Positions 39,752-50,234 of a stretch of DNA of 50,234 nt are shown one piece after another. The position numbers and the translations under genes are program-made. This DNA is from Trichoplax sp. H2. Taxonomy: Eukaryota. The notes beneath the pieces were generated by a model that ran no database searches, had not been told where the DNA came from, and saw only the letters and a program-made list of their open reading frames with translations. Where the stretch lies: NCBI GenBank assembly GCA_003344405.1, contig NOWV01000315.1:1-50234 (forward strand), in the 5' to 3' direction. Within the stretch, counting starts at the first letter, position 1. Each line of letters begins with the position of its first letter.

Positions 39752-41372
39752 GATCCACCGAATTTACCGATCAATTTAACTTACCTAATGCCTGGCTAAA
39801 GTTATATAATTAATATTACACGTCATTAAAATTATGCATATCTGATTGGCTTCTTCTTTATCAGTCCATGATTTAAACTATTTTGGTCAAGTATAAGACA
39901 GTAATGTATCCTCTACAGAATAGCTATGAGACGTCTAAGTAGGTAAGATCTTAACGGTTATATTAAAGATGTTATTAAATGCAACTGCATTATAGAGGAT
40001 TGTCAAGCTTGAAGATGCAATAGCACCTATCAGAACTCACCGTAGATTCAATGACATATTCTCCTTAGTGAACATAGCTATAATTACTTTCTTGTTCTTT
40101 AATAAACTATTGGATATAAAGTTTTTTATGATATTACAAGAAAATAATTTTGTACTTTAAAGAATAAGCTAGATGACAATGATTTATTTTCTAATAACGT
40201 AAGTAAATTTAAAATAAAGACACCATTATCAAAATAAAATATACCTTTACGGCAGAAAAATCTTTTCATTTAAGAACAAAGTTAACTTAATACTAAAAGC
40301 TGTTATATCGATTATCATTTGTTACCAGTAAATTTCTCATTCAAATAACATGTAAATAGTCTATACAAAGCAATACATTAAAAGAAAATTTACAGCTAAA
40401 TTATCTTACGATATATACTTCATTGGCTGGAATAATACATATAAATTTAAGCAATACGATTTCTTTAACGTTAGCTCAATTTTATTTTAGATACAATGTT
40501 TATTGAGGTCTTATGTCTGGCAGTAAGTTATCGATTGCAAAGTCAGCTAGGCTTTTTTAGATATTATTTAACTTAAAGCCTTTTATTAAATCTTCATTGT
40601 CTTCCTCACTGATATTTTATTCTTAAATAAGCGTTTCAGAAAGTATTAATTAATAATATATGAATTGAAATAAAGCCTTAATTTGAATATTGCTGCAATT
40701 TACCCAGAAATAATTTCTTATTTCAAATATCAAATTCATGCTCAACCCTACTGTTTCTTTAGTATTACCGTGGAAAGACAAAATTCTAACTTAAACTTAC
40801 AGATATAACAAAATTATTATTTATCACTTATTGTAAAACGTATATTTGGTGCCACATTATCCAAAAAGATTGCATGCCGTTTGAAATTTAAGTGAATAAC
40901 TAACTGAAGCGCCTTTAAGTTTGACGGCAGAAATGGCAAGATGTCTGGATTAAAAAGAAGATAGAATTCAATTTAGTAGCAAACTACTAATTAAAACATT
41001 ATCAAAGATGAAGGGTAAAATATAATTTCTAAGATATTACAATGCCTTAACGGGCTTTAATATAGGCTTTTAAAACCAAATATTTTAAGTTGGATAGTAG
41101 AAGCAAAATAGCTGCCAAAAATGATATTAAATTATCCTTTGACAATTTCTTCCAGTAGGTTTAGTATTACATTTATAAATTAAGTAGCTACACGAACTGC
41201 AGCTTTTCTTATTGTTGAAGATCAATAAATGGCTTCTCAACTTTGTTTATTTAAATAGACGTAATAGTAACCGCATTTAAAAGAACTTGGAAAACCTGAA
41301 TTTTATTCGAAATAAATAACATCCTTTTATTAATAGTTGAAAAATCTTTTATCAGTATAGATCGTAGTAAAT

Positions 41373-41655
41373 TATGACTCAATAATAATCTTACAACACG
41401 ACTACAAATCGTGTCAGCATAAACAACTCTCTAACACAAAGGTTGCACATCATCAAGATTTATATTTGTCTAGTCTATCCTCCTATTCGAATACATACAA
41501 AATAACTAAGGACAGTTGATCATCAAAACACCTTACTAACAAACATCATAACACATCAATTTCCATCAATAACAAACACCATAACACTTCAATTACTATC
41601 TATAACAAACACCATAACACTTCTAACTCATCACGGCAAAAAGGGTACCGTGACA
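41373..41655 (-). mobile_element. LTR-like element, family F
   Basis: Ends TCACGGCAAAAAGGGTACCGTGACA (shared hairpin terminus) and is homologous to 17125..17412. No TSD; left boundary approximate. Confidence 0.55.
41538..41623. repeat. 33-bp tandem repeat, about 2.6 copies
   Basis: Units AACAAACA(C/T)CATAACAC(A/T)TCAATT... start at 41538, 41571 and 41604. Confidence 0.8.
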
Positions 41656-41989
41656 CTGTTTTATCAGAAATTTTAAAATTTTTGACCTAATGCACCTCTT
41701 GTATCTGTATTTTTTTTTCTTATTCTCGATGCTATAATTTTATTGATTGCAAAAAATATTCTTAAATTGCGTTAGGAATTAATTTTATCACATTCTTTCT
41801 TATTATAATTATTCGACATTGTCGTATTAGCGAGTGAAAACATACTGACGTTTAATAAAATATCTTCGTGATCATTAGAATTACTCTAGATTAAGTCCTT
41901 ATATTATTATTAGGCCATAGATATTAAATTATGAGTACTTCAAATATAAATACGGAAGAAAACGTGAATAAAGAAAATCTATGATGTCC

Positions 41990-42550
41990 TGTGATAAATA
42001 CCAATCATGAAATTCCAAGTTTTAGAAAAATAAGGGCTTTATTATATCTTATACAAAGATTAACTACACACAGCTCTACTCTAGCCGAATACTACTTCTA
42101 AAGACTTCTACAACGAACTAACTGAATAATCTAAAGTTACATGCTTTTATACTTTTCGTAGCATTCGCAGCTAAAATCCGCTTGGCTACCTTTTACCTTA
42201 TTTTACACATGGTTAAATTATTCTTAGTAACACTATTCTACTACAGACCATCATTAATCCGATATGGATACGACTACAGTATTTACGTAGACATTATTCA
42301 CACCAGTCAAAGTACAATGAATTAACCATATCCTAATATATGATTTACAGTTTTATTTTTACCTATAGCCTTATTAGTAACACAACAGCTTCCTGTATAT
42401 AGTCATCTGTACTCTAGCATAGAGTCTCTGCCACTACAGTCTATAGTTATAGCTACCAAATATCTCTTAGGATAAATATAGAAGTTACGCTACTATACAT
42501 TATAATAAACATGGCTAACAGTCTACAATCACAATACTAGTTACATTACA
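41990..42550 (-). mobile_element. Full-length family A LTR-like element without TSD
   Basis: TGTGAT...ATTACA, 561 bp. Flanks TGTCC and CCTAC do not match. Confidence 0.88.
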
Positions 42551-42688
42551 CCTACTTAATGATTCTTAGTTAGACCTGTCTTTAATTCTCACCGTAGATA
42601 CAATTGTCACGTTGTAGATGTTATACAGGTTATTTCTTGCGTCAATGAAAAATTTGAAAGGCAGCTAAAAATTTCCAAATTGCATCGT

Positions 42689-43317
42689 TGTTACAGTGTT
42701 AAATACTGTATTACAGTAGAAATAACTATGTTAGAATAATTCTGTTAGACTTTCCTTATTTAGTTAACTTCTAATTTGGATATACTGTGTTTTAATATAG
42801 CACTGACTTTTAATGACAGTGACACTTATACACATACTGAAATTAATAGTTATAATAGGGAATGCAAATCATCTACTTACAATTCGAATCATTGTGATTG
42901 TAATTTACTTATGCTAGATTGCAAATTATCATGGAAATGTTCCGTGATAGAACATATCGTAATCTAACTATTCTGTATGAGTCATTATACGTCTATGTTT
43001 GTAAATACTGTTGTCTGCATTAAGGGAGCAGTAGCTATAATTAATATCTAATTCAGTAAATGATTCTAATGTTAATTGAATTAGCTATGACTCATGAACT
43101 ATGGAGGATAGTATATAAATGCAGTACATCGTGAAATAAAGAGAATTCTCCAACTTAGTGTTTAACGTAAAATACGAGGCGTTTAAGTCTTTGTGTAGTC
43201 TGCTAGTAGAGCAAAAGTGGTTGTGATAGTGCAGATATCCTTCCGTGATACGTGGTTCAAGGAATTGACTTATTGATCGTATATTCCGTAATCTTGTTGC
43301 AAAGCTGTTTTGTGACA
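42689..43317 (+). mobile_element. Solo LTR-like element, family C
   Basis: TGTTAC...GTGACA, 629 bp, with perfect TSD ATCGT (42684-42688 and 43318-43322). TATATAAA near 43112 and AATAAA at 43135. Confidence 0.9.
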
Positions 43318-43599
43318 ATCGTTTATTAATTATAAAAGATTGAAAATGTTCCTAATACTACACTTTAATTAACAGAACAGTGATTGAAACCAGTTTATAA
43401 ATATTAAGCATCTTACGACCTACGAAATTATATGCTTTGCTCAAAATTTATAATTCTCTTCGTTAAATCATTAAATAGCATTAAAATATTATCAAAGAAT
43501 ACTTGAAATCCTTTAATTTAAATTATAAGTCATCGTAAATTATTATTGGCCAACTTTTTTAATTACTAATTATTTTAAGTATTACTGTATCATCCGTTT

Positions 43600-44045
43600 T
43601 TAATACTGGCTAAAAGAACAGAAGTAACAACGTTTACTTGAGGTAATTTGCTTGGGTATTTTAAGCAATTTTGGAAATTCTATTTTCGATTAATTTTAGT
43701 GGATTTCATATGCGTAGAATGGTATACGAAATTCAGTAACTCTTCGTGGAGATTGATTTATCTATGATAAAAGTTCCATCGATTTTTATGCAACATTTGT
43801 CTATAGCAACTGGCTAATAAATATGCTAATGATAAAGTAAAGAGAAAGATTGTGATTGCATGCTATCCGAAACAGTAACATATATCTAATTTTAGATTTT
43901 TAATCCGTTACAAGGCTCCTATTAATTTATAGAGTCAGCTAACTATTTACTTAGGTTTACCGCTATTAATGATTTTACATGCAGGTAGTATTATGAAAGC
44001 TAGTCTACACGTAAAATCCTTTTTATAATTAGCTTGGTAACTAAA
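43600..44045 (-). pseudogene. Decayed family 2 GPCR fossil
   Basis: Collinear matches: LPS..YKKDFTCRL (LPS..FKQNNFLCRL), KIINSG (KINNSG), TD*KSKI..LLFRIA (IDFSSEI..FLFGIV), ITIFLFTLSLAYLLASCYRQMLHK (TM5). Confidence 0.5.
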
Positions 44046-44649
44046 CTATTATTTACTTTAGTGTTAGGTTATCTCTTTAAAACTCATTAAAAAATTGAAT
44101 TTGGCAGAAACACTTAAACATAACTATCCCGATCTTAAATAAAAATAACATAATGGCATTTAATACTTCGGCATATTAGCAAGTTTCAACCTGTAGCAGA
44201 TCGTTCTGATGTTACAAAGTTTTGATGATGCCCATATTTTGAAAAGAGAGACTAAATAACTATAGACGCTTGAATAAAGTTTATAGCCTAGGTTACAATA
44301 ATGATCGTTTATTAACAGAAAATACTTTTGATATTCTTTCAAAATAGGATGATATGTAATATTTATTATTAGTTAATATTTATATTCACTTTTGTAATAA
44401 TAAATTGAAAGAAGGTATGATGTACTTAATCTAATTAGAGCAATTATCTCATTACTCCTAATTAAAACCAGCTGGAAGGAAAATTTCTACACAATAGCTC
44501 ATCCATATTTTTCAGCTTTTTAAGTTGTAGATGGACTGATAGTTGCTAATAATACGCTTGTTTAAATATATTTTGTTTTTTACAATATACTTAAATAAAT
44601 TCATAAGTACAAAAAATTGCTATTCAGCTGGCTATATGATTAACATTTT

Positions 44650-45640
44650 TAATAAGATCTGCTAATTAACTTCCATATAATTAAACGCCTAGTAGGACAG
44701 GAATGATAGGCAAAGAATCTTTAAACTATTTTTATTTTAGATTGTTTATAATAATTTAATGTTCCATTTATTTACGGTATACCTCTGTTAAGGTACATTA
44801 TTTTAAACTTTTCAATTTTTTCTATAGATCAACAATGTATTTTCTTACTGATTACTTTAACTTTCAGAAACATTAACAGATCTTATTACACCCTATCCGA
44901 AAATTTTAATAATTTAAAAAATCACTCCAATTTATCGAATTACTGTTATTTAATCAATTACACTAAGCGGAGTATGGCTTGAATTTATTATATTTGCATT
45001 CATTGCAATACTGAATATATAAAGATATTAGATAATTGGTCAAAAAGTACTTGCATATTTCTAATACCGGTACTTAAATGCAAAGCCCATTCATAGACTC
45101 AATCGCGACCGATTTGATATGCCAAGCATACTAATTTAAGGCTTTAAAATAAGTAATTTAACTTCAAAACTGTTAAAGGTATTCTTGCAATTAAATAGAA
45201 AAAACAAAGTCTAAATTTATTACATAACTTAGGAATTAAGATTTCATATACTTGCACTAGGTGCAAATATCGAATAATAATTTATTAGTACTCTAAAATT
45301 AGCTCGTCTATTGGAGTAGTTTACGGTAACAATATTTGTATTTAATAATAATTATGTATGACATTCACGAAAATTAGAAGTTGCTTAGTGAAATACTGAA
45401 GATGTTCTTTACTTAGTACCTAATTTGACAATTAGAAGCTCAATAAACGTTTTAAGACCCTACCAATCATTTAACATAACAATTTAAAAGATACCTAACA
45501 ATTAACATGTAATAGCAAAATTTTTACTACTTGTGAATAAGTTGCTATATGCCGTCATAGGCAAAAATGGATATATGATCAAAGTTATCGCGACAAGGTA
45601 AAATCTGAATATACAAGTATCAGCATTAATAAATTGTTTA
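44650..45640 (-). pseudogene. Decayed family 2-like GPCR fossil
   Basis: SDF/YLVAITLIIYPFLP (45600; SDFFYLVSFCWIIFPVVLP), ITC*LLGIF, SISLSNF (ASALASY), MLGI and NGLCI (VGICM), in order. Confidence 0.5.
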
Positions 45641-46186
45641 TTAATGTGACATAAACTCAGTTATATGTGCTTTTTAAATGTTTTCGTCTTTCACATTCTC
45701 AATATTTGACCTAATTTAGGCATATGCTTGGAATCAGTGGATACTATGAAACAATATGTAACATCAAAATAACTACATTCATGCTATGAGCGAAACCCTT
45801 TCCGAAGGGAAGCCATAATTTTCCAATTAAGTTGTTTGAATAATACAATTTACTAAGGCCTTATTTATTTAAATGAAATCCTCAAAATTTAAAATCTTGT
45901 TTAGCTTATTCGCGATAATAATAGTTATGAACTGTAGTAATAAAACATTCAATTTGTTAACGAAATCTTAGAATAATGTATTACATCCAGATTTAAACTT
46001 GAGAATAATAATTAGATATTTAATTAGCAATTTTTAGAAAAATATTAGGGTATTAAAATCAATTTACCATCGAAGTGCTCTATTTTATATATTAAATGAT
46101 CGCATAAATTATTGCTTGTAGGAGACTGGATAAAAATGTAGCAGAAAATGTGTACTATAAAAAGGATTCGGAATGTTTACTCTTCC

Positions 46187-47236
46187 TTATTTATTAAAAA
46201 TAAGTACACGATTAGTCTTTTTTTGCCACAATAACCTCATTGCAAGTCTAATACGGTTGTTATAAAGGCAAAATAGAATCGGATTTTGAACGGAATTCAA
46301 CGCACTCATTCCAAATCCACAACTTAGAATAATAACAATGTATGACTTATCTCTTAACAGAAAATCTAGATAAGGAACTTTAGTTATTATAAGACTTATT
46401 ATTATCAAGAAAAATGGTAATGCATTAATCAGATGCATGATTGTCGATATGATCATCATTTTGGTCGCATGAATTTGCCGACAACGACTGTCTTTATTTT
46501 TATATGCAAGTTTAGATAAGCTACAAGTAATACTAGCTGTCCGAACTGTCTTACTTACTTTGTAATATAAACATGTCGCAATCAATAATGGAGAAGGATA
46601 AGCTATAATACAGGTTATAATACGATAAACAACTATGTTATGATCTGTTGGTGTCCGTCTTTGCAAATCGCACAAGAAAGGATAACGATAATTTACATTT
46701 ACGGTCAGAGAGAATGAGGGCGCTAATACTATACCGATTAGCCACGTTAGTAATATTGTTATCTTCAGAGTCATGGGTTTATAAAAAGGAGAGCGAGAAT
46801 GACTTCTTTTCTTTACTGTAAAATAACGATCAATGCTGATGGCCATTAAGGATTGTGATGATGTTATAATTAACCAAGCAAACGAAAAATAATTTATTTT
46901 GCAAAACAATTTGTACATTTTACGATTCGATGTACTGCCATAATTGAATGCAATGGTTAAAAATATGTGAAATGATACAAAACTTAAGAATATAACGTCA
47001 GATATCGCCATATTTGCTGATAATATGTAAGATGGAGTATGAAATTTTCGGTGTCGATAGATTATCATGATTAAGGATATATTTCCTACCAAGCCAATAA
47101 GCCAAAGAGGTATCAGAGCAAGAGGCATAAAAAGCATTAAGTTGCGGTAGGAAAGATTTTCTGGGCTAATTTTCCAAGCAGATTTATTCGATGCATTATT
47201 CAATACGATATCAAGGTGAACGTTGTATTCTGCCAT
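46187..47236 (-). CDS. Rhodopsin-family orphan GPCR, family 1
   Basis: 349-aa 7TM ORF with GN, NMAISD, SIDRY, PFLCDL, YPSP, HLINALP and QNPILF. Acceptor-like CTACAG lies 11 nt upstream of the ATG. Confidence 0.93.
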   Translation of the reverse strand: MAEYNVHLDIVLNNASNKSAWKISPENLSYRNLMLFMPLALIPLWLIGLVGNISLIMIIYRHRKFHTPSYILSANMAISDVIFLSFVSFHIFLTIAFNYGSTSNRKMYKLFCKINYFSFAWLIITSSQSLMAISIDRYFTVKKRSHSRSPFYKPMTLKITILLTWLIGIVLAPSFSLTVNVNYRYPFLCDLQRRTPTDHNIVVYRIITCIIAYPSPLLIATCLYYKVSKTVRTASITCSLSKLAYKNKDSRCRQIHATKMMIISTIMHLINALPFFLIIISLIITKVPYLDFLLRDKSYIVIILSCGFGMSALNSVQNPILFCLYNNRIRLAMRLLWQKKTNRVLIFNK

Positions 47237-47929
47237 TATTACTTTTCCTGTAGCATACGTAGTACTTATGAGCTGAAATTGATCCTCAATTTATTTAGAC
47301 TTTTTGCGAAAAAAATATCAAACACTGATATCTAATATCCTAGCGCACGTATATTTATGTAAATATCTATAAGTAAATTTGGTACGTAGCTGACCTTTGT
47401 CAAATGATAAGTACTAGCCAATCCCGATACTAAAAGAATTCTTCATGCAAGTGAACCGAAACGTTAAGATTTGTTAAGTAACATTAATTACTTTATTGTT
47501 TTTTAGCCATATTTAGCTATCAATTAATAATTGATGTCAGTTCCTGTTTATGTAAGTATCTTTAATCTTTCTGGGAAAAATTACTGGAAGTTTGTAATTT
47601 TGCCATTAGGTTTGAAAACTATAGATCATTATAGCAAACATAGAGGAAGGAATAATATAGGTAAAGAGCTTCGCGTAATCAATACAAAGAAAAATTTATT
47701 CTATAAGCTATCCAACACACCATCAATATGAATTTATCACTTTACAACTTCTAATATGGTGTACTTATTTGGTAAATTACTTCATAACGAATAATGTATT
47801 AGTGGTATTTTGGACATTATATTTGTTTAGTTATTCAGATTCTTTTTAAATCTAACGTTTAAACCAAGTTTTTTAGACCACCTTTATAATATTTAATACG
47901 AAAATAAATTAAAAGTCTTTTCCCTTTAG

Positions 47930-48560
47930 TATTTCATAAAGTACCAGCACTATTGGTAATATAATGCAAAATCTGAGGATACAGCAGAAATTTATTTGCA
48001 TTTGATTACTGATCATTAAATGATCTGCGAACAAATTCTTTCAATTAGTCCAGTGAAAATATTCTACTTACATTTATCTATAGCGGAAAAGCATCCGAAT
48101 ATTTCTTTAGTCATTCATATTACTTAATTTATTCCTTTAAATACAAACTTTTTGAGGCTATGACATCAACGACTTTATCAATTTAATATTTCGTGAAGTA
48201 TCCGAAATGCTTCCTTTTACATTGTAAATTTCACTAAAAGCAAGGCATGAGTTTAACTCTATTCTTTATTATTAGCAGTAATGGAAAATGCTGTCAATCC
48301 ATAAATCTTAACGGTGCAATAGGTTATAAAGATTTGCTGTCATCATAAATTTTTAAGCTTCAAATTTTACGGAATTGGCCAGTTGGACATCTCATGATCA
48401 GTTTAGACCATATTATTTCAGACGGAATTTATCAATTGGCAAAGTGAATTAAAATCTTGAAGAATAATGACCATGCTGTTGGTTATCTTTCTTACTTGTT
48501 TAAATGTCGAAAAACGAGCAATGAGAAGAGAATTAATACACAAACGTAAATTCTATATAT
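47930..48560 (-). pseudogene. Possible decayed class A GPCR fossil
   Basis: One frame reads CINSLLIARFSTFKQVRKITNSMVI (TM1-ICL1), NWPIP (ECL1) and YCTVKIYGLTAFSI (TM3) with several stops. FCIILPIVLV (TM5-like) follows downstream. Confidence 0.4.
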
Positions 48561-49795
48561 TCACAAGAACTCCAATACCAGATCATAAAAATTAATTATT
48601 ACTAATGGTCATTCTAATTTTCGATAAACAATAGTGCTTACTTTTTCAATTTTGCAGTAGCAGCACTTTAGCAGGTACGTCAACTAAAAGCTTTATACAA
48701 TAAATTCAATTAATATAAAAAATGGAAGAAAATTATTATTTACGCAAATTTACCAGTCAGACTTTTAATTCCTACTTATTGATTAAAGAATGTGGATGAG
48801 CACTTGTGATTTATTGATCGTCCTAAATCTTGAAACAACTTAATCAATGCTCATATCTTTCACTGTTAGCAATACTTTAGGTAATGATTAATTAAATGCG
48901 GGCTACAATAACAGTTAAAACTGAATTTAGCTAACTATTCGTTGATAATTGAAAATCATAAAGTATTATAGGTAGGCAATAATGCTCGATTATTCCATTT
49001 TTATGATCTATACTTCAATTCTACTATAAGTTGTAAAGAGAAAATAAAAAATTTAATTGATTTTTGTTACACTCAGCTGAATAAATATTTCTGCTAATGC
49101 AGCCTACCTTCCAGTATACAATATAGCATATTTTCTTCCATCAATTAATAAAATCCAAATGTGTCTTAATATTTATAAATTTTCAGCTTTTGACCTTTCA
49201 ATTAATACAGGCATAGAAATCGCGATTTAACACATGCAAGCTTTCTAATTTAGCAACGAGTCAGTAAGATGTAGTCTGTTGAATTTGTTCTTTATTATTT
49301 GCTACTTCCATTCCTCGACTACTTTATGGATTTCGATGCTTAAGAAATTAATAAGGTGGTCATGATATATCTTACGCTGATTAAATTTCTAAACACTGAA
49401 AGATTAAAAATGTCAACAGCTTATGAACTAATTATTCGATAATATAATCGTTTTATCAGATTGCAGTATTTTTATACAAAATTTCGTTCGACATTAGAAT
49501 CGTTAATATTTTTTATGATATCCTAATAGTTATAAATTTCAGCAGAAATTTTATTTATAGGCGTATAATAAAATCGCTGAGTCAGTTACTAATTTTGATT
49601 TTGATTTTGCAGGATTTTACGTTACAGTCACAATATACATTATACATCATACAATATAAGCCTAATGCGATGGTGCATAAGAACGTTAAAATATAAAGCA
49701 CCTAAGATTTCACAATATATTAGCTTTGCTATTGATAAATACCTTCATGACTGAATATGAATATCAGAAAAAATTACTATCAATAGGTAACTGTG

Positions 49796-50234
49796 TGTTA
49801 CGGAGCTAGTAGCTCCGTGTTTACGATTAATAATTGTTTACAATCGTGTATGACCATGCTGACTAGCACCTAGTAGTAGAAAATAGCTGTCATGTAATTG
49901 AAGTAAGTATTATTAGTGTGGAATTGCTATACGCAGTATTAAGGCAGTTAGCAATCAATAATTGTTGGTCGCTTAATATTATTATTGCTACTGATTATTA
50001 ATCGTGTATTATTATGGTCTAACAAATAGGACATAAATATTGTTCTCTGTTGTTGTGTGTGATAATTAGACTTGCTAACTGGAGTAACTAATATTATTGG
50101 CGACAAGTATAGTGACTGTAAATAAGAAAGGGTATTTAAGTTCTCCTGAGACTAGTGTAAAGGAGAAGGCCTTAGTGTAGCTAGAAGTTAATAAAGTTAT
50201 TAACCTAGATCTATCGTTTGACTCAGTCTCTTTA
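49796..50234 (+). mobile_element. Candidate LTR-like element, probably running off the window
   Basis: Begins TGTTACGGAGCTAGTAGCTCCGTG (perfect hairpin, same architecture as families B, D and F). AATAAA near 50190. Confidence 0.5.

Larger units (their letters stand above)
40640..41860 (-). pseudogene. Decayed family 2 GPCR fossil interrupted by a family F element
   Basis: Collinear matches: IPNAI (41779; IPNAL), KKIQIQEVH*VKNFKISD (KKMSIHDILIMNLSISD), VEKPF (41241; IEKPI), TYWK..SFLAAILLLL/PT*NIW (41160; SYWK..AYITAVLLMLLPTVGIW), YFWVNCSN (40712; YLWIVSCSN). Confidence 0.65.

Noticed and set aside
41538..41623. 33-bp repeat considered as a CRISPR-like array
   Set aside because: Plain tandem duplication with no unique spacers, in eukaryotic LTR-like DNA.
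37296..43318. Similar short ORFs at 37296..37478 and 43085..43318 (SQFLEPRI...)
   Set aside because: Both lie inside family C repeat copies, so the similarity reflects DNA repetition. No recognisable domain.
4377..47731. Remaining 60-90 aa ORFs (e.g. 4377, 6919, 16170, 16279, 18758, 20277, 24009, 36627, 47531)
   Set aside because: Mostly non-ATG starts or AT-rich composition with no recognisable motifs; expected by chance.

Overview
AT-rich (about 30% GC by eye) animal genomic DNA. The receptor style and compact genes suggest a placozoan (Trichoplax-like), but that is inference. The window is a class A (rhodopsin-like) GPCR cluster with two interleaved families. Family 1 has five intact single-coding-exon genes and one frameshifted pseudogene, all on the minus strand, with CWxP replaced by N(S/A)xP. 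Family 2 has one intact two-exon atypical receptor that lacks DRY and NPxxY, plus about 6-8 heavily decayed fossils that I recognised only by manual translation. Roughly 8-9 kb of intergenic DNA consists of at least six families of TG...CA elements that look like solo LTRs. Seven copies have 5-bp target-site duplications (TSDs), several are nested, and several unrelated families share a terminal hairpin. A 235-bp MITE with perfect 49-bp TIRs, AG...CT ends and a 6-bp TSD is present as both an empty and a filled allele across two assembly gaps. No rRNA, tRNA or CRISPR array was seen.
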